Source: an uncultured Planctomycetota bacterium (GTDB taxonomy: Bacteria > Planctomycetota > Planctomycetia > Isosphaerales > Isosphaeraceae). Taken from it: DNA of 64,000 nucleotides. Where the stretch lies: the NCBI GenBank assembly GCA_963845755.1, contig CAWJTV010000005.1:64001-128000 (forward strand), given 5' to 3'. The notes beneath the pieces are model-generated. The model saw only the letters and a list, made by a program, of their open reading frames with translations, did no database searches and was not told the origin of the DNA. Made by a program: the position numbers and the translations under genes. This document shows positions 53,701 to 64,000 of this stretch, piece after piece (position 1 is the first letter of the stretch; each line of letters begins with the position of its first letter).

Positions 53701-56111
53701 CTGAAATCGCTCGCCGGGGCTCCCGGCGGAAGCGTCGTACCTGCGGGGAAAAGGCTGGCCAGCGGGAAGGTGAACGTCCCCACCGTCGCATTGACAAGCT
53801 GGAAGCCTTCGACGCTGTTTATAGTGACGGTCGGTCCGGGCACCGGCGGCACGGAGGGTGAGTTCAGAATGTTGATATTCGAGTAGTTGATCGCGTCGAC
53901 GATACCCGCTCCTGGCAAGGAGATGAGGACTTCGCCGGGGCGCGGACCGGGCGTGATCGTCGGGGTTAGCCCGCCGGCGTTATAGTTCAATGTGTTAAGG
54001 CCAGGGCCGCCGTTGAGCGACAAGGTCGTCCCCGTCGCGACGCCCGTGCCGGTCACGTTGGTGGTATCGGCGACCGAACTGCCGGTGTACGTGGTGGCCA
54101 CGGCCGGTGGCGTGGCGAGGAAAGAGACCAGGTCGTCGGCGACGTTCGGCATGTCGAACGCGAGCGTGGCCAGACCGGTCGATGCCGTCGGGATGTTGAC
54201 CACGCCGTTGATGCCGCTCGGAGGGGTAGCGGGCTGCACGACGAACGTGACGTTCGTCTTGTTGGCGATTGTCGTCGTCTCGAAGTTCAGAGGCGTCAAC
54301 GGCGTTGGCGTGTTCGTGAACTGGATCGTGTTGAAGCCACCAACGACCAGGCCGTCGCTTGCACTGAACGACTGGTCCGGGAAGCCGAAGTTGTTGAATG
54401 TGTAGTTCGACGCGCCGGCCGTGTCGTTGATGGGTTGGAGGCCGGTGTAATCGAGGCCCGTGCTCGTTCCGACCGAGTCGACGAGGTCGATCGAGCCGTA
54501 CTGACCGACCTGGGGGAAGACAGTCTGGTCATTGGCATTGTGAATCTCGCTAGCGAACGGGCCCGAGGGGAGCGTGCCCATCAGGTTCAAGGCATGGCTG
54601 CCTGATGCACTGGTCGCGTTGGCGCCGGCATTGAAGACCAGGCCCGGCACCGTGCCCGACGGGATCGGATTGCCATTGGAGAAATCGATATTCATCACCT
54701 GGGTGCCGGATGGTCCGGTGTCGATGGTCAGCGGACTGATCTCGGACGTCGTATAGGTGATGGCCCCTGGGGAGAGATTGGTGAACGTGCTCTGGGTCAT
54801 GCCCCCGGTCAGGGTGAACGTATGGCTCGCGGTCGCGGCGGAGGCGTCGAGTGTCAAGGCTGTCAACCCATCCACGTTGTCGATCGTGATCGGGTCGAGG
54901 ATGCCCGACATGTCGCCGGCCTTGCCGAGGTCAACCGTGTCCGATCCGGCCTGGCCGTGGAGGTTGAGTGCACCGCGGGTCGCCTGGACATCGACCGTGT
55001 CGTCGCCGGTGCCACTGTTAAGTGTGGTCGTGCTGCCGACGGGAAGCGTGTTGAGTACCGTGAATGTGTTGCCGCCCTGGGGGCTGCCGCCTCCGTCGAT
55101 GGTCAGACTGGTCACGGCGTCGGTGTAGTTGATGGCGGCGGGGGCCAGTCCGCCGATGAAGTCCGAGTTGACTATGACCGTGCGTCCCGTCGTATCGGCC
55201 GAATCGTCCACCGTGATCGTCGTCGGGCTGAAGAGTTCCAGAGTCCCAGCGATGCCCTGGACGCTGCCGGCGTTACCGATGTTGGCCGTACTCGGTGCCC
55301 CTCCGACGTCCAGGATGCTGTTGGCGGTGGTGGCCAGGACGTTGAACGTGTCGCCGCCAGTACCGGCGCTAATTCCGGTCGTGGCGCCGCCTGACGGAGT
55401 ACCGTCGATGGTGATGGTATCACTGTTCGAACCGGCGTCCACCACCAGGCCGGTCAGACTCGCAGACGTCCAGGATATTTCTCCGATCGTACCGGGCGTC
55501 GTAGTTGTGAAGGAGGTCGGATCGAGCGTTGATGTCAAGGCAGGGCCGCCCGCATTATCGATCGTCAAGTTCGTGGACGAACCAGCAGCCGAATTGTTGA
55601 GCGTAACGGATGCCGCGATGCCCGAGAGACCGGTAGCCGCGTCGCCGACCGTCACGATATCGGCCAAACCGGCCGCGTTCGTGATGGTCGTTGCGTTGCC
55701 CAGGGAGTTGAGATCATAGGAAATCGAGGTTACCGTCGGAGTTAAGTCCAGGGTGGCAAAATCCCGAACGACCTTGTTGACGGGTACAAGAGTCGCCTCG
55801 TCGGCGGTGACCTGCGTGTAGGTGAATGCGGCGTCCACCGCCCCGGGAGTGACCCCGGTGCTGTCGTCGAAAGTGTACGTGTCTGTCGATGGATTGAAAG
55901 CGAGCCCCACCGTTGCGGTCGCACCGGAAGAACCAGTCACGGCGCCGCCCGACGTCACTGAGATGGACGATGCCAGCAATGTGCGGTCTTCGAGGCGCTC
56001 AAGTGAGTTGATCGTTCGGCGTCGGCGGGAATCAACGCGGCACTTTCGCATTTTCTTGCGAGACGCAACCGTGCGATCCGGGCCAACAGCAACGAGCCGG
56101 AAGTCCACCAT
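50729..56111 (-). CDS. Large (~1,790 aa) planctomycete LEPRxLL-type surface protein/adhesin with beta-strand repeats and PKD/Ig-like repeats (frameshift ~52085)
   Basis: Basic N-terminus followed by LERLEDRTLLA; T/G/A-rich repeats; at least five WGDG-type PKD-like repeats (HTYA..G.Y); a bacterial Ig-like domain; His-rich C-terminus with HDAAL. Confidence 0.85.
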
Positions 56112-57379
56112 GGTTGTACTCCAGGTTGATAACGATTGTGAGGAAAAGCGAAAGATTGAAGGCTCATGCAACCGACGCGCGCACTGTGCACCAGGCCTGC
56201 TAAAGCGGAGATTCCCCTACGCTGGCGCCGCACCACCAAGGCGCCCTCTGAATCAGCAGAGCCACTCAACTCTGCAATGCTCGCCCAGTTTCCCGCCCGA
56301 GATCGCTACGGAGGCCCTAAAACTAAGACCGTACGTCTTTTGGATTTCACGAGAGTGACATCCTCCCGAGTTTATCGCCCCAGTTGCCGATCCGATCGGT
56401 TGACTCAGGCTCGGGCCGCAACCTCGTCTTTCATCCTACAGCATGTCTGGTGAACGCCAGGCTCCGAGCGGACCGGCTGTGTCACACGACCGACGACAGC
56501 ACCGACCGACGAGAGCCCTCAAATGATGCAACCCGACGGAGACCTTCCTGGAAGCTTCTCCACCAGGATTCCTCGCCCTACCGCGAGGAATCCACATGGT
56601 TAATGCTCTGCCAAGAGGATGGACTCCGCTCCGCGGGATTCATCCTGACTGCCGAACACCCACGGAATCTGACGCGGGAATGTGGATCGACGTCCGCCCT
56701 CCGAAATCCCTGGCGACCATGTCTTGCCAAGTCGAGCGGAGTCCGACTCTCACCAGACTGACCACCCCATCAATTCGAGACGGTGCAGAATCGCACGCCA
56801 CAAGTCCCTCGGGGTTGTTGCACCTCATTCCCATTCCGGACTCGTGAGTATCGGGGTCCTCCCGCGGCTCTCTCCAACTCAAAGACGCTTATTCATGATT
56901 CAAAAGGCCATGAAAAGCGTTAAAGCGCATCTTGCAAAGGCACTCTATTTTGATGAGTCGATTCATCCCGTGCAGCTATCCTAGCATGCCCAAGCTGGAT
57001 AGTTAGTCTAGCGACGTCACAAGATAAGGCAAGAAAAAAACCCCCGAAAACCCCCAAATACTTCCAGTACTAGCCGTTTGTATTGCTTGTGCGTCGAAAC
57101 ACGGCCTACGAAACTGCTTCAACATTGAATAATCCGCAGTCTCGAAGCACAGATATCCGCGCATGCTTGCTGTGTTGATTGATTTCCTGATGGGCTTCAC
57201 GGCTTTGGTCCGATAAGCCATTGAGCAGTTTATTGATTCTATAATAATATTAATGATTGATAAATTGTGGAGTTTGAAACGATTCGGCACGATCGTGTGT
57301 TCCGCGGAACGCCGAGCCTCGTCTCGCTACGGAAGGCGCTCCGAATCCTGACTGTCCGCACTCGAGTGGGCGAGTGGGA

Positions 57380-58520
57380 CTATGGTTGGTGTATGACTCG
57401 GCTGGCGATCTCGCCATCCGAAAGGCGGGTGACGAGGATCTGTCCCGGTGCGACCTCGTCGGCGGAACGGATCAAGGTCTGGCCGTCCTGATGGAATGTG
57501 AGGCTATATCCACGGCCCAGGACGGCCAGCGGGCTGAGGGCTTCGAGGCTGGCGGCGATCCGGGCCAGTCGGTGTCGACGATCCTGGAACCCTTGATGCA
57601 CTGCGTGTTGCGCTCGCTCCGCGAGGCGGTTCAGTTGGAGGCGGGCGTCGACGAGTCGAGCTCGTCCGACCAGCCGAAGACGGTCGGCCAGCCGGTCGAG
57701 GTGGAGGGTGACTTCGCGGCAATCCGGGACAGAGACCTCGCCGGCCTCGCTGGGCGTCAGCGCGCGGCGGTCGGCAGCGAGATCGGCGAGTGTCACGTCG
57801 ATCTCATGACCGATCCCCGTAACCACGGGCACGCGAGAGCCCGCGATGGCCCGGGCCACGGCTTCTTCGTTGAAGGTCCAGAGGTCCTCCAGGCTGCCAC
57901 CGCCGCGGGCCACCACGATCAAATCGGCGCCGGCGACTCGGTTGGCTAATTCCAGGGCCGCAACAACTTCGCGGTCTGCCCCATCTCCCTGGACCCGAGT
58001 CGGAGCGATCAGGATCTCGGCCGTACGCCAACGCCGGCCTGTCACCTGGAGCAGATCGCGGATCGCCGCGCCGGTCGGGCTGGTTACGATCACAATCCGT
58101 CGGGGGAAACGCGGCAGCCGTCGCTTCCGATCCGGATCGAACAACCCTTCGGCTGCCAGTCGGGAGAGCCGCTGCCGGAATGCCAGTTCCAGCGCCTCCG
58201 ATCCCCTCGGGCTCGATCTGACGGACCGTGATTTGATAGTCGCCGCGCGGTTCGTAGAGCGTCAGGGATCCGATTGCCCGAACCGCCAGTCCGTCCGTCA
58301 AGTCGAAGGGCAGCAACCGCGCCTCGCTCTTCCAGATGACGGCCCGGATCGATGCCGATTCATCCTTGAGCGTGAGATACACATGCCCCGACTTCGGTCG
58401 CGCAACGTTCGAAACCTCCCCATGCAAAGCGACTTCTGCAAATTGCTCCTTCAACGCCTGCTTGATGCGCGCCGTCAACTCGGAGACCGACTCAAAGATC
58501 GTACTGAAGGGATGGGGCAT
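57380..58520 (-). CDS. xseA: Exodeoxyribonuclease VII large subunit (frameshift ~58195)
   Basis: SVSELT, GEVSN..SGHVYLTLKD, YEPRGDYQ, VTSPTGAAIRD, VQG, RGGGSLEDLWTFNEE, GIGHEIDVTLAD and LSPLAVLGRGYS. Confidence 0.95.
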
Positions 58521-58685
58521 CCTTCGGTTTTCCTTGTTGAACAGAACGAATCAGGGCACCGAATCGGCAAGAGAACCTTCGGACGAGGCGGGAAACCGGC
58601 GCGATGTTGACATCTTGGACACGCAGGCGTCTCTTGTGGGGAGCTATTCTACAGTCAACCTCGAAAACCGAACACCATAGACCGA

Positions 58686-60554
58686 ATGCCGAATAATATG
58701 CCAACTCCCGTCCACCGCTCCTGGTTGTCGAGGATCGCTCGGGTCGCCATCCTGGCTGGTGTCGGGAGTCTGGCCGTCGTGGCGTGGCTACTCGGTCCCG
58801 CCTGGTTCCGCATGTTTCAGAATCAGGTTTCTCCCGAGGTCGGCCGCAAGATCGCCATCATTTATCTGAATGGATTGCTCGTCGGCTATGCGCTGGGGCT
58901 GACCGGGTCCGTCGGAGTAATCGGGTCCGTTCTGGTCATTCGCATGAGGACGCGGAGAGAGACGGCCCCGCGGCGTCGCCGACAGGCCCGACTCCTGGCC
59001 CTCGGAGCAACGATCTTGATCAGCCTTCTTGTCCTTGACGCGGGTGCTGCGGCGTGGCGGGCCTGGTTGAGTCGCCGACCCCGGCTGCCCGAGATCAACG
59101 GCAGTCACGCCCCCGCCTCGACGGAGGTACCCATGCATCCGTTCGACGCTGTGGTCCCCGAGCTACCGAGCCAGTTCGCCGCCGGAAAGGTCGGGAGCGC
59201 TGCTGCCTCCGGACCGCTACGAATCCTGGTGATCGGAGAGTCTAGCGCGCGGGGCGTCCCTTATGATCCCTGGTTATCCGTCGGACAGATCGTCGGCTGG
59301 AAGCTCGAGTCGGTCTTCCCCGACCGGCCGATCCAGGTCGAGACCTGGGCCAAGGGTGGGGCCAATCTGGCTCAGATGCACAATCGCCTGGCCGACTTGA
59401 CATATCGTCCCGATGTCCTGATCGTGTATGTCGGCCACAACGAATTCCAATCGCGATACCCCTGGATGCGGGATCCGGACTCCTACTACCTGGACGAGAT
59501 ACGCTCGCTGTATGCGCCGAAATCCCTGACGGGGATACTGCGGTATTCGGCATTTTGCCGACTGGTGATGGAAACATCCGAACGGCAGAGAGTCAGCTTG
59601 CGTCCGCCGCGGCGAGTGACGCGCAGACTGGTCGACCGGCCCGTATGTACGGCGGCGGAAGCCGCGCGAATCCTTGCGGATTTCCGCGCGCGGCTCGACG
59701 CGATCGCGGCCTATTGCGAGACGATCGAGACTCTGGGGATCTTCATCATTCCGGCGTCGAACGACGGTGATTACGACCCGAGCCGTTCGTATCTGTCCCC
59801 CGATACGCCCGTGGCCGAGCGGATGGCCCTTGCGCGGTCGGTCGCGATGGCACGCGCCCGCGAAACGAACGACCCGGCCGCGGCGATGCAGATCGACCGC
59901 GAAGTCGTGGCACGACATCCCGAATTCGCCGAGACGCATTTCCGTCTGGCCCGGCTTCTCGAGCAGCGCGGCGAGTGGGACGAGGCGCGCCGGCATTATG
60001 TCGAAGCGCGCGATCGCGACGGCATGCCCATGCGTTGCCCGGAGGGCTTCCGCCAGGCGTACCGGGACGTGGCCGACAAGCACCCGGCCGTATTACTGGT
60101 TGACGGACCACGCGTCCTCGAAGCGGCCAGCCCGCACGACATCCTGAACGACGGGTTGTTCCACGATGGGCAGCATCCCAACTTGCGCGGCTATGTCGCG
60201 CTGGCTCAAGACCTCCTCGATCAGCTTTGTCGCCGACACGCCCTGGGCTGGCCTGCGGCGGTAGAGGCTCCCCGAGTTGATGCTGAAGCCTGTGCCCGTC
60301 ACTTCGCGCTCGACGCGACCCGCTGGGCGTCGGTCTGCCGTCGCGAATGGTCCTTCTACCACGTGGCCGCCTATACGCGGTACGATCCGAAGTACCGCAA
60401 CGAGAGGGCGGTCGACTACCTCCACGCCGCCGAGGCCATCGAAGCGGGACGGCCACCGGCTGAAGCGGGGATACCCAGCGGCGCCCTGCCTCCACGGCCC
60501 GCACGTCCGCCCCGTGTCATCCCATCGATGCCGGCCGATCAATCCTCCCGGTAA
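58686..60554 (+). CDS. Membrane-anchored SGNH/GDSL-like hydrolase with TPR-like segment
   Basis: N-terminal TM helices; ILVIGESSARG, YVGHNEF and FHDGQHPN (DxxH); helical repeat FAETHFRLARLLEQRGEWDEA. Confidence 0.65.
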   Translation: MPNNMPTPVHRSWLSRIARVAILAGVGSLAVVAWLLGPAWFRMFQNQVSPEVGRKIAIIYLNGLLVGYALGLTGSVGVIGSVLVIRMRTRRETAPRRRRQARLLALGATILISLLVLDAGAAAWRAWLSRRPRLPEINGSHAPASTEVPMHPFDAVVPELPSQFAAGKVGSAAASGPLRILVIGESSARGVPYDPWLSVGQIVGWKLESVFPDRPIQVETWAKGGANLAQMHNRLADLTYRPDVLIVYVGHNEFQSRYPWMRDPDSYYLDEIRSLYAPKSLTGILRYSAFCRLVMETSERQRVSLRPPRRVTRRLVDRPVCTAAEAARILADFRARLDAIAAYCETIETLGIFIIPASNDGDYDPSRSYLSPDTPVAERMALARSVAMARARETNDPAAAMQIDREVVARHPEFAETHFRLARLLEQRGEWDEARRHYVEARDRDGMPMRCPEGFRQAYRDVADKHPAVLLVDGPRVLEAASPHDILNDGLFHDGQHPNLRGYVALAQDLLDQLCRRHALGWPAAVEAPRVDAEACARHFALDATRWASVCRREWSFYHVAAYTRYDPKYRNERAVDYLHAAEAIEAGRPPAEAGIPSGALPPRPARPPRVIPSMPADQSSR

Positions 60555-60803
60555 GAGCCACCCGGGCCCGGTCCGGATCTGCTCAGTCACACGGAAATTC
60601 AATTCGAGTTTCAAGACTTCAAGATTCAACAGACTTTATCAGAAACGAGGATTACCCTGCGATCTCTCAAGTTTTTCGGGGCAAGTCTCTTTTATCTGAT
60701 AAAGTCTAATCGAGAGGATCCCGATACGCTCGTTCCGCCTCGGGCCTTGCGTTCGTTGAATACTGAGTATCGAGTTTTCTCGCTCATTCCTTCACATCGA
60801 CCC

Positions 60804-61987
60804 TCAGCGGAACAGCTTCGGCGCAAACTCGTTCAAGTAATGGCGCCAGTTGATCCAGGTGTGTCCGCCTCCGCTGATGTGGAGGTCGTGCCGGATGCCG
60901 TGCTTTTGCAACAGCGCCGACAGGCCCTTGGAGCCGTTCAGCAGAAAGTCCTTGTCGCCGACACTGATCGAGAGCAGCTTGTTGGACTCCTTGAGCTGGG
61001 CGGATCCGTTGAAGAAGGATTCATGCTGCTTCTCGAATTCCTCCGGGTTCCCTCGAAAGGTGGCCGCACTCCAGAGGCCGACATAGGCGAACTTGTCTGG
61101 GTGGGTCGTGAGGACTCGTAAGGTCTGGCCCCCCCCCATCGACAGCCCCGCGATCGCCCGGTGCTCGCTTCCGCTCAGCACGCGGTAATGCTTCTCGATC
61201 GAGGGAACGACCTCCTTGAGCAGCTCGTCGATGAATCGATTCTGGGCGGCTTCCATCGCGGCCCGAGCCTCCGGGGACGGGGTTGATCCGGGCGTGATTC
61301 GCGGGAAGTTCGCGGGACGCGGCAGGCTGCCATTGGGCATCACGACGATCATCGGGACCGCTTTGTTGTCGGCGATCAAATTGTCGAGTATAAATCCGGC
61401 GCGGCCGATCGTGCTCCAGCCTGCATCGTCGTCGCCGGCGCCGTGCAGCAAGTAGAAAACCGGGTACTTGTCGCTACTGCCCTCGTAACCTGGTGGCGTA
61501 TAAATGTGCATGCTCCGTAACGAGTTGAGCGTGCCTGAGTGATACCACCTGATGTGGATCTCGCCGTGAGGGACGTCCCGCGTGGCTTCGAATTCTGCGT
61601 CGTCTCCGGGGACCAGGAACATGCTGGACACGCTGGCGATCCCCGGCTTGACCACCGCGTTTTTCGGGTCGAGGGTCCTGACGCCATCGACGACGAAAGA
61701 ATAGCTATAGAAGTCGGGTGTGAGCGGGCCGACGGTGATCGACCATACGCCCTTGTCATCCTTCGACAGCTTGCCGCCCCCGAAGTCGCCGGAAACCGAG
61801 ACCTCGGTGGCCTTCGGAGCGTAGATTCGGAAGGTCACCTTGTGGTCGTCGGCAACCTCCGTCAACTTCAGGGTAGCATTGGGGGTGCGATCTCCCCGAC
61901 CGAACTGGGCCTCGGCCGGGGTGTTCCCAGGCCCGACAGTGCCAGCAGGGCGATCGAACCGATCGAAGACATGCGCGACAGCATCAT
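60804..61987 (-). CDS. Secreted esterase (enterochelin esterase/CE1-like) with N-terminal Ig-like (CBM48/E-set-like) domain; frameshift near the 5' end
   Basis: [42 protein letters not shown] (GxSxG) and GGHTWINWR. Confidence 0.88.
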
Positions 61988-62228
61988 GGATGCATCTCCT
62001 GGAAGAGGGACAGACGCGACTCGTTCTTGCCGCGAAGGCAAGAGACGTGCGTCGGCCGGAGGGTGAGCCTGACCCCGAAGAGATTGACGACTCCGTTCTA
62101 TCTGAGCGTCATTCGTAGCACGATGCACCAAGAAAACGCAAAAACGTGTGTAGCGCATCGTGCATCGGAAAGACATGGCCCCGGAAACCAGCTCTCCAGG
62201 GTCATCTCGGCTCGTGACGACGGCTTTT

Positions 62229-63228
62229 TCAAGCGAGTCGGTTTACCGTCCGGATGGACTTGCGTCGGCGTCTGCGGAACGTCTGTGCGCCTGGGGTCGT
62301 AGTCGCGGGCCGCGGCTCGTAGCAGGGCCAGATCAGGTGGGCCACGGCGTCAGCAGGGGCATTGGCAATTCGGCTTTCAAGCTGCCTGAGATAATCGGCG
62401 ACGGCGATGGACTCGTCTCCGGCTTTGAGCCATCCGAGCGGTTCGATCTCGAGAGCGAACCGGCCTCCCGGTGCATGAGTGCAGAAGACCAGAAAGACTG
62501 GTGAATGGGTCAAGACAGCGAGCTCGGTCCAGATGGCCAGCAGCCGTTGGGGCCGGCCCAGCAGCCGGCCGGGACAGGTATTCGGCCCGTTCCAAGGGAT
62601 GTCGCCGTTCATGTAAATGGCCATACCATCGCGGAGGGCGGCCCGCGCGCGAAGGAGGCGCTCGACGGCCCCGCACGGGGTCAGGTCTCGCCGCAGGAAC
62701 AGCTCGGATTGCGGATGTGGGCCGCCCATGTCAAACCGGCGATTCAGCTCGTGCGAGACGTGCCGAGGGCGTTGGACCAGCAGCCGTAGGGGAACACCAC
62801 GTCGATAGAGCCAGTGAACCCCCGCGATATGGGCCCCAAGGTGGCTACCCACCAGGATCGCACCACGGCCACCATCCAGCGCCGACTGAAGCCGTCCATA
62901 ACCGTGCACGTCGAAGCGGGCCAGAACCTCCGCGTCCGGCTGGCGATCTAGCGGGTAGTCGCGAGCCAGGAACCGGGCGGTGTTCGCCGCAAGGGCCGGC
63001 CAGGTCGCCTCGAGCGGCCAGTCCGCCTCGAGCGCATCCCCGGCGCGCCGCAACGCCGTGCGCAACCGCGCCCGACGTTTCGGCTGCATCGCCAGTCCGA
63101 TGCGACCCAGCAGGCCCAGAATCCGGTCGCCGCGCGATGGCCCTAGCCATCTTCAGCGCGGGCAGGAGCAGGTCGTAAAAGACGAACTTCCAGCTCCAGA
63201 GCCGGCGTAGTCGTCGCCTCACGTGCAC
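62229..63228 (-). CDS. Lipid A lauroyl/lysophospholipid acyltransferase-like protein (frameshift ~63140)
   Basis: GRGAILVGSHLG, ALRDGMAIYMNGD, GRLLG and IANAPAD...W resemble the LpxL/HtrB family. Confidence 0.6.
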
Positions 63229-64000
63229 GCTCCCCCCCCGGCGGCCAGGGATTTCAGGCGTTGATAATCGACCTTATCGGTCGAGGTCATCGGCAGACCG
63301 TCCACAAACCTGATCGTGTCGGGGACCATGTAATGGGGCAAGTACATCGTGCAATGTCGCTTCATGGCGATGATCGACCGCTTCTGGCCTGGCTTCAGTG
63401 CGACGAATGCCTCGATCGAGACTCCGGTCTCCTCCGATCGTGCCACGACTCCGGCTCGGTCCACCCCCTCGTGGCGATAGAATGTTCAACTCGATCTCGC
63501 CCAGCTCAATCCGATAGCCCCGACGCTTGATCATTCGGTCGCGCCGGCCGTGGAACACATAGCAGCCCGAGCCGTCATCGCACACGAGATCTCCGGTGCG
63601 ATACCAGCGCGTGCCGTCTTCGCGCTGGAGGAACGCTGCGTTGCTCAACTCGGGCTGGCCGAAATAACCGCGCATCACGCCGGGCCCGGCGACCACCAAC
63701 TCGCCAATTGTCCCGGGCGCGACGAATTCGCCCTGCGAGTCGACGACTCGAGCGCAGAGCGGCGGACAGACCCGGCCGATGGGGTAAGGCTCGTTCCGGT
63801 CGTCGGGGATCGAGTCCGGGATCGGATAGGCCGTGCAGACGTTCGTCTCGGTCGGGCCGTAGAGGTTCCACATCCTGGTCCGCGGCCAGGCCGCTCGGAG
63901 TCGCCGCAGCGAGGCGATGGGAAAGACCTCGCCGGCAAAGAGGAGGAGCCGCGGCGCTGGGAAACCCGGTAGGTCCACGCGTCCGTGATCGAGCAAAAGC
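63219..64000 (-). CDS. Amino acid adenylation domain protein (DltA/NRPS-like), partial; frameshift ~63480
   Basis: FAGEVF, NLYGPTETN, PIGR, GELVVAGPGVMRGYF, WYRTGD, GRRDRMIKRRGYRIELGEIE and LPHYMVP...LPMTSTDKVD. Confidence 0.9.

Noticed and set aside
56170..56370. Cobalamin, c-di-GMP or c-di-AMP riboswitch upstream of the adhesin
   Set aside because: Only short hairpins; I could not find the conserved core motifs on the coding strand.
1621..63500. Programmed ribosomal frameshifting or phase variation as the explanation for split genes
   Set aside because: The shifts hit many unrelated genes, and I noticed no shared slippery sequence or long homopolymer at the sites I inspected.

Overview
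GC-rich chromosomal window, very probably from a planctomycete (Isosphaeraceae-like). This is inferred from a DUF1559 prepilin-like gene, a LEPRxLL-type giant surface protein and planctomycete-style Ser/Thr kinases. Contents in order: the 3' end of a chemosensory cluster (MCP tail, cheW, cheR, cheB); DUF1559; an FAD/Fe-S oxidoreductase; a likely hopanoid C-3 methylase (hpnR); a candidate ~215-nt rod-shaped ncRNA; a TolB-like/metalloprotease fusion; an IS110 remnant; miaB; an SMI1/KNR4 protein; glnE; a kinase-WD40 protein; a GNAT; a pirin; two tandem FHA-GAF-PP2C phosphatases coupled to an unusual kinase-STAND NTPase-helix-hairpin-helix protein; TauE; a PQQ-type sugar dehydrogenase; a trans-sulfuration enzyme; a PP2C; an M16 protease; an ABC ATPase with a permease-M1 peptidase fusion; the xseA/xseB-ispA-dxs-nadK cluster split by a ~5.4 kb adhesin gene; an SGNH-like protein; an esterase; an acyltransferase; and a partial adenylation domain. 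About 18 genes, including housekeeping ones, are broken by apparent single-base indels. These are most likely long-read assembly errors, so many boundaries are approximate. Intergenic DNA holds several REP-like palindromes, a heptamer-array repeat element in three copies and an AT-rich 46-bp direct repeat. The best candidate for an undescribed system is the phosphatase-phosphatase-kinase/STAND/HhH operon (25643-31748). All calls come from reading motifs by eye; no database searches were run.
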